Shown: positions 36,564 to 46,615 of the stretch, in pieces
Layout: every line of letters begins with the position of its first letter
How positions within the stretch are numbered: the stretch's first letter is position 1
Assembly (NCBI GenBank): GCA_029262675.1
Contig: JAJCYW010000009.1
Span: 47,198 to 111,197, forward strand
Length of the DNA stretch: 64,000 nt
DNA from: Chloroflexota bacterium
GTDB lineage: Bacteria > Chloroflexota > Dehalococcoidia > DSTF01 > RBG-16-68-14
Direction: 5' to 3'
Notes under the pieces: model-generated
What the model was told of the DNA's origin: nothing
Databases searched by the model: none
What the model saw: the letters and a program-made list of their open reading frames with translations, nothing else
Translations under genes and position numbers: made by a program

Positions 36564-37328
36564 TCAGCTGCTGGCTTGCAGACTGCTGATCGGCGCGAGT
36601 TCCACTGCCTCAACCGAGACGCTGCTGCCTCCGAGCGAGAGCAGCAGAATGTGGCCGGGCTGGTCGGGGAAATCGAGCGCCAGCGGGACGCCCGGATAGC
36701 CATAGCGCGGCTGGTCCTGGGGAGTGAGGGTCATCGTGTGATAGTGGCCGACCAACGCGAAATCGACGCCTGAGCGTTCCACGTCGTCTTCGGTGAAGGG
36801 ACAGTGAAGAATGCCTCGAGGTGGTGCGGCATCCATATCCCAGCCGTGGAACAGCGCGATGTTTGTGCCATCTGGGCTGACGCGAAGCCGCCGCAGAGCG
36901 TTTTCCTGGAGCTCGGGCCGGTCATGCCCGATCCCCCAGATCTTGACGTCCGGCGCGAGGCTCACCGATCTCCATTGCGTGTCGCGAAAGATCTCTACGT
37001 TGGTTGGCCACGCCGTTCGTTTATAGAGGCTACCGGCGACGTGCGGATCGTGGTTGCCGGGAGCGAGCAGCACGGGTCTCGACCCCAGCCGGTTGAACTG
37101 CGCCGCGATGAAGTCGCCGGTCTCCGCGGTGGCGTGCTCGTGGTCATAGAGATCGCCGCCGACCGTGAGCGCATCGACGGAAAGGTTCAGCGCCAGGTCG
37201 ACGATGCGCTGCAGAGCGTTGGTACGAGAATCGAAGTCCGATGCACGGCCTCCATCCTCTCCTGAAGGGCCGGCCCAGCCTGGAGGGCCCGCAATGTGCA
37301 GGTCGGCGAAGTGCAGAATCTTCAGCAT
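36564..37328 (-). CDS. metallophosphoesterase (calcineurin-like phosphoesterase)
   Basis: Motifs ILHFADLH, GGDLYD, GNHD and GHYH. Confidence 0.7.
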   Translation of the reverse strand: MLKILHFADLHIAGPPGWAGPSGEDGGRASDFDSRTNALQRIVDLALNLSVDALTVGGDLYDHEHATAETGDFIAAQFNRLGSRPVLLAPGNHDPHVAGSLYKRTAWPTNVEIFRDTQWRSVSLAPDVKIWGIGHDRPELQENALRRLRVSPDGTNIALFHGWDMDAAPPRGILHCPFTEDDVERSGVDFALVGHYHTMTLTPQDQPRYGYPGVPLALDFPDQPGHILLLSLGGSSVSVEAVELAPISSLQASS

Positions 37329-37467
37329 CGAAACTTAGAATAACCTATGATGGCTCTCGACGGACCGGGTAAGTGCCGAACGGCCCGCGTGAATCGAGTA
37401 TAGTGGCACTGGGTAGCCTTTGGCCCAACACATAGGATCGCTTCTATATGGTTCATAGGAGGGTAGC

Positions 37468-38688
37468 ATGAGGAACGTCGCGATAGTCGGCGCCGGAATG
37501 ACGCGTTTCGCGAAGTATCAGGATCGCGGGCTCAAGGAGTTGACGAACGAAGCCGTTAGTGCAGCTCTTGAGTCCGCCGGAGTCGACAAGTCAGGATTTG
37601 AGGTCGCGGTCGTGGGCAACGCCGCCGCCGGGGTGATCACAGGACAGGAGTGCGTCCGCGCGCAGGTCGTTCTGCGCGAGATGGGGATCGACAAGATCCC
37701 GATGGTCAACACGGAGAACGCCTGCGCCAGCTCGTCGACTGCGTTCCAAGTCGCTTGGCTGTATGTCGCGTCCGGCCTCTACGATGTGGCGCTTGCTGTC
37801 GGCGTGGAGAAGATGTTCGTCGATGACAAGCTGAAGACGATGGCGGCCTTCAGCGGCGCTGTCGATGTCGAGCAAATTCGCGAACTCATGAGCAGCCTCA
37901 AGCCGCCTTCGGAGAAGAAGGCTGGCACGGAGAGCGGCGCAGGTACCAAGCGCAGCCTCTTTATGGACATCTATGGCGCCGTCGCGCGTTCCCATATGGA
38001 GCGCTACGGCACGACGAAGGAGCACTACGCGCGCATCGCGGTGAAGAACCACAACAACGGCAGCCTTAACCCGCACGCGCAATACCAGGAGCGCTACACG
38101 CTCGAGGAGATCCTGGCGTCGCCGGCCGTGTCCGAGCCGCTGACGCGTCTCATGTGCTCGCCCATCGGTGATGGTGCGGCTGCCGCGGTCCTGATGAGCG
38201 AGGAGAAGGCCAAACAGTTCACCACCGATCCCGTAATGGTTCGCGGCTCGGCGATCGTATCCGGCGCCGACGACCGTGGGGAGGTCGGCGGCGAAACGGG
38301 TCGCGCGGCACAGCGAGCGTTTGAGATGGCGGGGATGACGCCACGGGACGTCAACGTGATGGAGGTCCATGACGCCACGGCTCCGTCGGAGTTGTTCATC
38401 TATGAGGAGCTGGGTCTCTGTGAAGAGGGTGAGGGAGGCCGGCTGATCGAAGAGGGCGTGACCGAAATCGGCGGGCGTTTGCCTGTCAACACCAGTGGCG
38501 GGTTGCTGGCCAAGGGCCACCCGATCGGAGCGACTGGCATCGCCCAGATCTACGAGATCTGGTTGCAACTTCACGGCAAGGCCGGTGACCGCCAGGTAGC
38601 TGGCGCGAAGGTCGGCTTGACGGAGAACGGCGGTGGAATGATACGCGGCGAGGCCGCCGCGACGGCGGTTCACATTCTGGCCAAGTAA
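37468..38688 (+). CDS. thiolase-family protein of the SCP-x / lipid-transfer-protein type
   Basis: VAIVGAGMTRFAKY N-terminus and NTSGGLLAKGHPIGATG C-terminal motif, typical of SCP2-thiolase-like enzymes rather than biosynthetic thiolases. GGAGGG RBS. Confidence 0.75.
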   Translation: MRNVAIVGAGMTRFAKYQDRGLKELTNEAVSAALESAGVDKSGFEVAVVGNAAAGVITGQECVRAQVVLREMGIDKIPMVNTENACASSSTAFQVAWLYVASGLYDVALAVGVEKMFVDDKLKTMAAFSGAVDVEQIRELMSSLKPPSEKKAGTESGAGTKRSLFMDIYGAVARSHMERYGTTKEHYARIAVKNHNNGSLNPHAQYQERYTLEEILASPAVSEPLTRLMCSPIGDGAAAAVLMSEEKAKQFTTDPVMVRGSAIVSGADDRGEVGGETGRAAQRAFEMAGMTPRDVNVMEVHDATAPSELFIYEELGLCEEGEGGRLIEEGVTEIGGRLPVNTSGGLLAKGHPIGATGIAQIYEIWLQLHGKAGDRQVAGAKVGLTENGGGMIRGEAAATAVHILAK

Positions 38689-38731
38689 CACGGGCCAAGT
38701 AACATCTGCCCAGCGAACAGAGGAGGTTCCA

Positions 38732-39565
38732 ATGGAAGTCATGCAGGTTCTCGGTAACCGGCGGAGCATCCGCTACTATCTGCCACATCGGCCGGTGGAG
38801 CGTGAGAAGGTACAGAAGATGCTGGAGGCCGCCCGGCGTGCTTCTTGCGTGGGGAATGTCACCGTCGCCAGGGCGATCGTCATCTGGAAAGACCAGGCAT
38901 CTGAAGAGGTGATCAAAGCGATCACCCCGCCCCTTGGCTATCAGCAGATGAACACCGCACCCTGCTTCATCCTGTTCTACCACGACAAGCTGTCTTACGA
39001 AGGCAACAAGTGGATCGACGACCTGAAGAACCTAGCAACACAAAGGCGTATCGGCGAAGACCTCGAGCAGACGCACGAGCTCATTGAGAAGTCGCTGCGC
39101 CCGGCGTTTGGCGCCGCCTGGGAGCAGATGGCTGTCGCCCCTCTCGCGTTCATGGACGTCGGTCAGGTTGTAGCGCAAGCCACCTTCGCGGCCTGGGACG
39201 AGGGTCTGGGCACGTGCCTGATGAGCAGTCCGCGTATCGAGCAGATCGGAGGTCTGCTCAATCTGCCGGAGACAGCCATTCCGGTCTGTCTGATGTCGGT
39301 CGGCTACCCAGCGGAGTCCTGGGAAGCGGGCGGCCAGACGAGCCGGCCGCCGCTAGAGGACATCTTCTTTGAGATGGAGTACGGCAAGCCGTTCAAGTCG
39401 GACCCGGCGGTCGTGGAGGAGTTGAAGAAGGACGGCCTGATCCAGACGCCGGCGCCGCTGCCCTGGCGCGAGGCTGAGCTGCAGTACATTGCGCACGCTC
39501 TTAACATGGAGTTCCAGCTCGCGATGCCAGGCGCTCCCCCGGCAAGCGGGGACGGTAAGGAGTGA
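38732..39565 (+). CDS. nitroreductase-family flavoprotein with C-terminal extension; paralog of 283..1071
   Basis: VLGNRRSIRYYLP...KVQKMLEAARRAS. Colinear with the 283 gene, including SVGYPAESW/LVGYPAESP and the extended tail. Confidence 0.7.
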   Translation: MEVMQVLGNRRSIRYYLPHRPVEREKVQKMLEAARRASCVGNVTVARAIVIWKDQASEEVIKAITPPLGYQQMNTAPCFILFYHDKLSYEGNKWIDDLKNLATQRRIGEDLEQTHELIEKSLRPAFGAAWEQMAVAPLAFMDVGQVVAQATFAAWDEGLGTCLMSSPRIEQIGGLLNLPETAIPVCLMSVGYPAESWEAGGQTSRPPLEDIFFEMEYGKPFKSDPAVVEELKKDGLIQTPAPLPWREAELQYIAHALNMEFQLAMPGAPPASGDGKE

Positions 39566-40533
39566 CCGTCGTCGCGGAGGGCACGGGAGCCTTCTTGGCG
39601 CCTGACCCGGACGCCCACCGGCGCTATATCCGCGACCACAAGGAAAAGGGCCTCGTCTCCAAGGTGATGTCCGAGCACGAAGCCATCGAGCGCTTCGTCG
39701 AGGACGGCGACTATGTCGCGTACGACTGCAACCTCTGGGTGCGCGGGCCGGCGGCCCTCATGCGCGAGATCATCCGCCAGAAGAAGCGGGAGTTGTGGAT
39801 CGCGGCCAAGTTCACGGCCCACGACGCGACGATGCTCGTCGCGGCCGGATGCGTGAACCGCATCGACGTTGGCTGGATGGAAGTGGGCCGGGTGATCACG
39901 GAGGCCCAGCTAGAAGGCCGCGTGGAGCTCCACGAATGGAGCAACGGCGCGATGACCTATAGACTGCTTGCTGGCTCCTTGGGCCTGCCGTTTCTGCCGT
40001 TGCGTTACCTGGGCGGTACCGACGTGTTCAATACATCCGGCACAAAGCTGATCGATGACCCGTACAGCGGAAAGCCGATCTGCGTAGTTCCCGCTCTTAA
40101 CCCCGACGTCGGGCTCGTGCACGTCAACCAGTGCGACGAATTCGGTAACGCACGTGTCTTCGGCGCCGGCATCTCGCCGGTCGAAACGGCGATGGCCGCG
40201 AAGAAGGTGATCCTCTCGACTGAGGAGATCATCGACAGCGACGAGCTCCGCAGGCATCCCCAACAGACGAGGATTCCTTACTACGCGGTGGACGCAGTCG
40301 TCCACGCCCCGTTTGGCGGCTACCCAGGCACCGTGCCGGGGCTCTACAAGGCGGACATAGAGCACTTGATGGAGTCGGGCGCGGCCCAGATGCAAGGCAA
40401 GATGGATGAGTACCTGGAGAAGTGGGTGTTCAGCGTTTCGTCACACGAGGAGATGCTGGGGACGCACGTGGGCCAGGAGAAGCTGGACGTGCTGAAGGCG
40501 GAGGAGACGATCAAAGAAGGCTACTACGAATGA
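39562..40533 (+). CDS. CoA-transferase family I, subunit A (GctA/IpdA-like)
   Basis: GTGA overlap with the upstream gene. Subunit-A-like pattern ...AAKFTAHDATMLVAAGCV.... Confidence 0.7.
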   Translation: MTVVAEGTGAFLAPDPDAHRRYIRDHKEKGLVSKVMSEHEAIERFVEDGDYVAYDCNLWVRGPAALMREIIRQKKRELWIAAKFTAHDATMLVAAGCVNRIDVGWMEVGRVITEAQLEGRVELHEWSNGAMTYRLLAGSLGLPFLPLRYLGGTDVFNTSGTKLIDDPYSGKPICVVPALNPDVGLVHVNQCDEFGNARVFGAGISPVETAMAAKKVILSTEEIIDSDELRRHPQQTRIPYYAVDAVVHAPFGGYPGTVPGLYKADIEHLMESGAAQMQGKMDEYLEKWVFSVSSHEEMLGTHVGQEKLDVLKAEETIKEGYYE

Positions 40534-41393
40534 CAGAAACCCGAACGTTCACGGACATGGAACAGATCATCACGACCAGTTCCCGTCTGATGGACGGCGA
40601 CAAGCTGTATTTCACTGCCATCGGAGGGCCGCCTCTGGTTGCGGTCCTGCTCGCGAAGCGCCTGCGCGCCCCGGAGCTGGCCTACATCGTGGAAGACGGG
40701 ACCATCGCCCCGCAGGTCTCGCTGCCAGCGCCACCGTTTCTGATCGCGGCCAGCGGCGCCAGCTATCGCGCCGCGGCGTGGGCGGACATGAACACCGTCA
40801 GCTTCCATGCCGGCCTGGGCTACATCGACTACGGCGTCCTGGCGGCGGTGCAGGTGGACGAGTATGGCAACTTCAACTCGACCTTCGTCGGTCCGGCGTA
40901 CGAAAGGCCGGCGCGCCGCTTCGGCGGCCCCGGCGGCGCGAACGAGATCGCCTCGCTCTGTTGGCGGACGATCTTGATGACGCGCCAGCAGGGACGCAAG
41001 TTCGTCAAGAAGCTGGATTTCATGTCGTCGCCGGGCTTTCTGGACGGCAGCGCCGGCGCCCGCGAACGGGCCGGCCTCCCTGCGGATACCGGGCCCTGGC
41101 GCGTCGTGACGGAGATGGCCGTGTTCGACTTCGACGAGGAGACGCGGCGTATTCGTCTGAAGGCACTGGCACCTTGGGCGACGGTCGACGACGTGATCGC
41201 CGAGATGGAGTTTGAGCCCATGATCGGTCCTTCGCTGGAGAGCATCGAGGTACCCAGCGAGGAGGAGCTATCCGTGCTTCGGGCAGAAGTTGACACGACG
41301 GGCCGGACCGTGCGAGGCTGCTGGATCACGGTCGAACTCGATGGCGAGAATGCACGCCTCGTGGAGCAGGAGACCTCAGCCGAGGGGGCATAG
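40530..41393 (+). CDS. CoA-transferase family I, subunit B (GctB/IpdB-like)
   Basis: ATGA overlap with subunit A. ...YFTAIGGPPLVAVLLAKRL... and ...GGPGGANEIA..., the subunit-B pattern. Confidence 0.65.
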   Translation: MTETRTFTDMEQIITTSSRLMDGDKLYFTAIGGPPLVAVLLAKRLRAPELAYIVEDGTIAPQVSLPAPPFLIAASGASYRAAAWADMNTVSFHAGLGYIDYGVLAAVQVDEYGNFNSTFVGPAYERPARRFGGPGGANEIASLCWRTILMTRQQGRKFVKKLDFMSSPGFLDGSAGARERAGLPADTGPWRVVTEMAVFDFDEETRRIRLKALAPWATVDDVIAEMEFEPMIGPSLESIEVPSEEELSVLRAEVDTTGRTVRGCWITVELDGENARLVEQETSAEGA

Positions 41394-41463
41394 CACAGTG
41401 GCAGAACAGCCAGTCTATCAGGCCCGCGCAGCGCACGGCCCCGGCCGTCGCCGGGCAAGTCGC

Positions 41464-44322
41464 ATGCCCGTTGGCCGGCTTGGCATCTGTTTACTGATCG
41501 CGTTTCTTGGGCTCTGCCTTGGCTCGGCCGGCGTTCCGCTTGCGGCGGTCCCTCTGGCGGGGGCCGCCGCGACGGAGGGCGACGCGCGACCAAGCGAGTC
41601 TTGGACCGCTTACCCTCAGACCGGAGCGCAGCAGGACACCGAATTCGTCATTGTTCGCCAGCGCAACAAGCGGTTCGACCCGCCGGTGGTAGTGATCCAC
41701 GAAGGCGACACCGTCCTCTGGGTCAACGAGACAGCCGGCGGGTGGCACGACGTCCAGAGCTTCGAAGGCGAGTTCTCGTCCGAGCGGATGGATTTCGGTG
41801 ACACGTTCGTCCGCACGTTCGACGAGGCCGGCGTGTTCGGTTACTACTGTACACCTCATGTCGTCGATGGCATGCAAGGCGCCGTGGTAGTGCTGCCTCA
41901 GGACAGGCCGCTGCCCGATCCGCTGCCGACGCCGGCCCTACCCGCGCCTGACTCGCCGCCCACGCCCGACGTGCAAGCAGAAGACGGCCCGCCAGATGCC
42001 ATCGGTACGGTGGCCGGGGGCGGAGGCAATGGAGGCCTGGCCACGGAAGCCAGCCTCTACCTGCCGGAGGGTGTGGCAGTCGATGACGACGGTGCGGTCT
42101 ATGTATCAGACACAGAGAACTGCCAGGTGCGCCGAATCGATCCTGGAGGCAGGGCGGTTGGCGTATTGGGGCATGCGTCCTGCGGGTTCAGCATGGGTGG
42201 AGACGCCGACCTCGGCACCTGGCAACACACGAACTATCCACGGGGTGTGGCGGTCGGGCCGGATGGGCTCCTCTACGTCGCGGATACGATCAACTGCCGC
42301 GTGCGCCGAATCGAGGCGGCGGGGACGGTCATGACAATCGCCGGCCGCGGCTCGTGCCGGGCGAGCGGCGACGGCGGCCCCGCCGTCCATGCCGGCCTCT
42401 CGCCGTGGGGGCTGGGTTGGGACGAGCAGGGGAACCTGTACATCGCGGACGTATTCAACTGTCGCATCCGCAGGCTGGACAGCGAGGGCACGATCACGAC
42501 CGTGGCGGGCAATGGCGACTGCGGCTTCTCCGGCGACGGCGGCACGGCGACGGCAGCGAGCCTGTTCTTCCCTCGGGACGTGGCCGTCGGGCGAGACGGT
42601 GCGATCTTCATCGCGGACGCGGAGAACTGTCGCGTGAGGCGAATCGACCCGGCCACCGGCGTTATTGAGACCGTGGCCGGAGCGACCGTGGCCGGAGGTG
42701 AGTCCTGCGACGACGGTGGTGATGGCGAGGCGGCCGAAGCGGCCAGTCTCCAGCCATGGGCGCTCGCCGCTGAGCCGGGTGGCGCTGTGCTGGTGGCGGA
42801 CCGGGCCCACTGCCGCGTTCGCCGCTTCGTCCCCGGCGGCATCATCGAGACGGTCGCCGGAACCGGCCGCTGCGGCTACTCAGGCGACGGCGGCGACGCG
42901 ATCGACGCGGCGCTGCGCCAGCCATCGGACATCGCACTCGCGCCTGACGGCGTTCTCTACGTCGCCGATACAGGGAACTGCCGTATCCGGCGAATAGAGA
43001 CGAGCGGCACGATCACCACCATAGCCGGCGGCGGGGCCTGCGCGCCCGGAGGTGACGGCGGCTGGGCCGTTAGCGCCAGCGCTTGGCATCCCATGGGGCT
43101 GGCGATGGGCGAAGGCGGCGAATGGTACTTTTCCGAACTGGATACCTGCCGGGTGCGGCGTGTGGACGCCAACGGCATCATCTCGACGTATGCGGGCAAC
43201 GGGCTCTGTGGCTACGCCGGCGACGGCGGAGCCGCCGTCGACGCGAGGCTCAGCGACATGCTGGGCGGGCTGGCGTTGGCCGAAGACGGGACGCTCTACA
43301 TCGCTGAGGGCTACAACTGCCGCGTGCGAAGTGTCACTACCCGCGGGCTGATACATACTGTTGCCGGCAACGGCAGGTGCGAGTTCTCCGGCGACGGCGG
43401 TCCGGCGCGGGAGGCCGCCCTCAATTTCGTCGCCGATGTAGAGCCGGACGGAAGCGGAGGCCTCCTGATAGCGGAGCCGTTCAACTGTCGCGTGCGACGG
43501 GTCGACCTAGCGACTGGCATCATCGACACGGTTGTTGGTGACGGCTCATGTCATTTCAATGGGGAGGGCGTCCCGGCCGGGCAGGCTGGCGTGGAGCCGT
43601 GGGCAGTGGCCGCGGGCCCGGATGGCTCGATCTTCTTGGCCGACTCGGGTAACTGCCGGGTCAGGAGCGTCAACGCGGATGGGCTGATCGCCACGGTGGC
43701 AGGCGGAGATGAATGCGGCATTGGTGGCGACGGCGGACCCGCGCTCCAGGCACAGTTCTTGTTGCCCTACGATCTCGCACTGGATCAGGCCGGCAACCTC
43801 TACGTCGCGGATCTACGGGCGTTCACCGTGCGGAAGGTGGATGCGCAGGGTGTCATCAGCACGGTCGCTGGTATCGGCATCTCCCGCCCAATCGATATCG
43901 GCGGCTATGATCCACTGAACGGGCTGCTCTGCTCGATCCACGCCCTTCCGGTGCCGGTACCCTCGTATCTGGGCGACGGTGGTCCCGCGAAAGAGGCCGG
44001 GCTCTACTTCCCATACGGGATCGCGCTGGATACCGAAGGGCATCTCTATATTGCCGATACGTTTGACCATCGAGTGCGTCGCGTGGCCTGCGGTGGCGTC
44101 GTGCCCTGCGCGGATTCCGCGGCGTTGGTCGATACGCCAAGCGACGCGTCAGACGATGAGACGCCGCCCGTGGCGCTGCCGGAGACTGGGCAGGCCGCCC
44201 AGCAGCCGTATGGCGGGGTCTCGCTGGCCGGTCTGGCTGCCTTGCTTAGCGCTTCGCTGGTGCTGTTGGCGGCCCTGGTGGGCCTCCGCAGGCGGGGGGC
44301 CAGTCGAAAACGGCCGTACTAG
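41464..44322 (+). CDS. cell-wall-anchored protein: signal peptide, type-1-copper cupredoxin domain, 12 NHL repeats (two 6-bladed propellers), LPETG sortase signal
   Basis: MPVGRLGICLLIAFLGLCLGSAG (signal). Cupredoxin ligands H...C-x2-H-x4-M (GGWHDV ... YYCTPHVVDGM). Twelve repeats of (Y/F)(V/I)AD..NC(R/Q)(V/I)RR(I/V)D. C-terminal LPETG, then a hydrophobic stretch, then RRRGASRKRPY. Confidence 0.75.
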   Translation: MPVGRLGICLLIAFLGLCLGSAGVPLAAVPLAGAAATEGDARPSESWTAYPQTGAQQDTEFVIVRQRNKRFDPPVVVIHEGDTVLWVNETAGGWHDVQSFEGEFSSERMDFGDTFVRTFDEAGVFGYYCTPHVVDGMQGAVVVLPQDRPLPDPLPTPALPAPDSPPTPDVQAEDGPPDAIGTVAGGGGNGGLATEASLYLPEGVAVDDDGAVYVSDTENCQVRRIDPGGRAVGVLGHASCGFSMGGDADLGTWQHTNYPRGVAVGPDGLLYVADTINCRVRRIEAAGTVMTIAGRGSCRASGDGGPAVHAGLSPWGLGWDEQGNLYIADVFNCRIRRLDSEGTITTVAGNGDCGFSGDGGTATAASLFFPRDVAVGRDGAIFIADAENCRVRRIDPATGVIETVAGATVAGGESCDDGGDGEAAEAASLQPWALAAEPGGAVLVADRAHCRVRRFVPGGIIETVAGTGRCGYSGDGGDAIDAALRQPSDIALAPDGVLYVADTGNCRIRRIETSGTITTIAGGGACAPGGDGGWAVSASAWHPMGLAMGEGGEWYFSELDTCRVRRVDANGIISTYAGNGLCGYAGDGGAAVDARLSDMLGGLALAEDGTLYIAEGYNCRVRSVTTRGLIHTVAGNGRCEFSGDGGPAREAALNFVADVEPDGSGGLLIAEPFNCRVRRVDLATGIIDTVVGDGSCHFNGEGVPAGQAGVEPWAVAAGPDGSIFLADSGNCRVRSVNADGLIATVAGGDECGIGGDGGPALQAQFLLPYDLALDQAGNLYVADLRAFTVRKVDAQGVISTVAGIGISRPIDIGGYDPLNGLLCSIHALPVPVPSYLGDGGPAKEAGLYFPYGIALDTEGHLYIADTFDHRVRRVACGGVVPCADSAALVDTPSDASDDETPPVALPETGQAAQQPYGGVSLAGLAALLSASLVLLAALVGLRRRGASRKRPY

Positions 44323-45515
44323 AGCTCCTCGGCCGCTCTGAGAGAGACCACCTCGTTCGTTCCGTCCATGATCTGTAGGAGCTTGGCGTCGCGATAGAAT
44401 TTCTCGACCGGGTTCTCCTTGGAGATGCCGTAGCCTCCGAACACCTGGATCATATCGGCCGTTACCTGCATCGCCATGTCGCTCGCGAAGGTGCGGGCCG
44501 CCATGGCGGTCGGGAGGTGAGGCTTGCCCGTGCTCAGCAGCCACGAGGACTTCCAGAGCAGGGCGCGTGCGGCTTCGATTTGGCGGAAGGCGTTGAAGAG
44601 CGTCATCTTGACCACCTGGTGGTCGAAGATTACGGTGTCTCCCTGTACGCGTTCCTTCGCGTAGGCGAGTGCCTCTTCGTAGGCCGCGCGAGCTACGCCC
44701 ACGGCCAGCGTGCCAACGGCGGTGTTCCCGCCGGTGACAATGCGCTCGATCAGCATCTTGTAGGCGGGCCCGCCGGGCATGACGAGAAACTCCGCCGGGA
44801 TCCTGACGTCGTCGAAGAAGACCTCGCCCTGGTTGAGCGTCCGGAGGCCGAGCTTGTTCAGCGGCTTGCCGCGCGACATGCCCGGCAGATCGCCAGGGAT
44901 AGCGAAGGTCGCTGTGCTCTCCATGCCGTCGCCGTTTCCCACGTGGACCATGAGAAGGAAGGCGTCGGCCATCCAGCCGTTGCTCACGAACGCCGACTTC
45001 TGGCCGTTCACGACGTAGTCGTCGCCGTCTCTCACGGCGTTCGCCTCCATATGAATGGAGGGCTGGCCGAACTGGAAGAGGTCGGACCCGTGCTGCGGCT
45101 CGGTGATCGCCCACGCTCCTCCGTGCTCGCCCTTCGTGTCGTTCACGAACGCGTCTAGGTACTCGGCATAGAACGGGTGTCTGTCCTTGGCCGCCGCCGC
45201 GCTGCCCGCGATCATGGGAGCGACCAGCAGATGGCTGGCAAATCCGGCATCGCCCACCGCCAGCTCTTCCTGCACGATCGTGCTCGTCATGGCAGGCGCT
45301 CCCAGACCTCCGATATCGCGACCAAGCATCATTTTGTGGAAGCCAATCTCGTATGCTCGGGATAGTACGCGCCGCATGGTGTCGCTAGTGTAGGCTGCTT
45401 CGGGGTCCTGCATCAGATCGAGCTCCGCCGCTGCTGGGCGCAACTCCTTTTGCGCGAACTCACGTGTCATGTCGCGGATTTTCTCAATTTCCTCGGGTAG
45501 GGCGAAATCTACCAC
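44319..45515 (-). CDS. acyl-CoA dehydrogenase
   Basis: ACAD-like N-terminal (F.LPEE....R...REFA..E), middle and C-terminal domains with ...YRDAKLLQI..GTNEV. Confidence 0.85.
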   Translation of the reverse strand: MVDFALPEEIEKIRDMTREFAQKELRPAAAELDLMQDPEAAYTSDTMRRVLSRAYEIGFHKMMLGRDIGGLGAPAMTSTIVQEELAVGDAGFASHLLVAPMIAGSAAAAKDRHPFYAEYLDAFVNDTKGEHGGAWAITEPQHGSDLFQFGQPSIHMEANAVRDGDDYVVNGQKSAFVSNGWMADAFLLMVHVGNGDGMESTATFAIPGDLPGMSRGKPLNKLGLRTLNQGEVFFDDVRIPAEFLVMPGGPAYKMLIERIVTGGNTAVGTLAVGVARAAYEEALAYAKERVQGDTVIFDHQVVKMTLFNAFRQIEAARALLWKSSWLLSTGKPHLPTAMAARTFASDMAMQVTADMIQVFGGYGISKENPVEKFYRDAKLLQIMDGTNEVVSLRAAEEL

Positions 45516-45919
45516 TCTGACCTCCTTGGATGAGAACAGGGTCGTCTGTGAGAACTGGGTTGTTAGAATGCAGCCTACGCTTGCTATCGAATGCGTCCTA
45601 GGGCCAGGATGCCTTCATTTTGAAGGTCATATGGCCCGTCCCCAGCTTGGCCAGCGATGAAAGATAGCCTCGACCGCGGCGGATCAAGTCGACCCAGCGC
45701 CATGACGCTTGCTATCCTGAAATCAGACGGCCCCAGTAGCTACGTTGAATATGGAGTGATCTCCTGGAACGCGATGAGCTTCTGGGCCAAGATGGCCCTC
45801 GTCTTTGCGCGAGGGCCATCTGGACGCCGTATTCAACGTAGCTGGCTCTCTACCGCACCATTCGAGAGTAGCCTGCGCTGCCAGGAGAACGATTGAGTTT
45901 ACAAGGAGGCAATTAGGAA

Positions 45920-46543
45920 ATGAACGGGAAACGAGTATACTTCGGTGCCGCTGGGGCGTTGTCTTTTCTGCTGATATTGGTGTTGTTCGCCGCTGCCTGC
46001 GGCGGCGGTGACGAAGAGGCGGATCCGACGGCTACGGCGCCAGCAGGAGGGGATCCGACTGCCACGAAAACCACACTGGGCGAGCCGACAGACCCGCCTG
46101 CGGATCCGACAGACCCGCCTGCGGATCCGACAGACGCGCCCGCGGAGCCGACAGATGTGCCTGCGGACCCGACAGTTGTGCCTACGGTGCCAGTGATTTC
46201 GGATACGACGGTCGATGTGACGTTGACGGAGTTCGTTCTCGATCCGTCCGCCAACGCGGCGCCTGCTGGAATCGTTAGGTTCAACGTGAGCAGCGACGGT
46301 GCAATTTTCCACAACCTCAAGGTTATTGAGACGGACCTCGCTCCCAACGCACTGCCGACCGACGATACCATATTCTCGGTGGACGAGGAGCAAGTGGACG
46401 TCGTTGCCACTACGGCAGACCTTAATCCCGGCGAGCAGGAAACGCTCAGCGTCGAATTGGCTGCCGGCAGCTACGTGCTCATCTGCAACGTTCCAGGGGG
46501 ACATTACCAAGGGGGTATGACGGCAGCATTCACCGTCGAATAG
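45920..46543 (+). CDS. cupredoxin-domain lipoprotein with Pro/Asp/Thr tandem repeats
   Basis: Lipobox LFAAACGGG. Repeats PTDPPADPTDPPADPTDAPAEPTDVPADPT encoded by 24-bp tandem DNA repeats (~46078-46170). Type-1 copper ligands FHN ... C-x5-H-x4-M (LICNVPGGHYQGGM). Confidence 0.65.
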   Translation: MNGKRVYFGAAGALSFLLILVLFAAACGGGDEEADPTATAPAGGDPTATKTTLGEPTDPPADPTDPPADPTDAPAEPTDVPADPTVVPTVPVISDTTVDVTLTEFVLDPSANAAPAGIVRFNVSSDGAIFHNLKVIETDLAPNALPTDDTIFSVDEEQVDVVATTADLNPGEQETLSVELAAGSYVLICNVPGGHYQGGMTAAFTVE

Positions 46544-46615
46544 GCAAAACAGGATTCTAGGTGAAGACGGCCGGGGCTTGTGCCCCGGCCGTCTCGCTAT
46601 GTGCGCGGAACGGGC

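Noticed and set aside
37591-38769. 392-aa minus-strand ORF antisense to the thiolase gene
   Set aside because: Arg/Ala-rich low-complexity translation and no motifs. The sense thiolase has clear family signatures.
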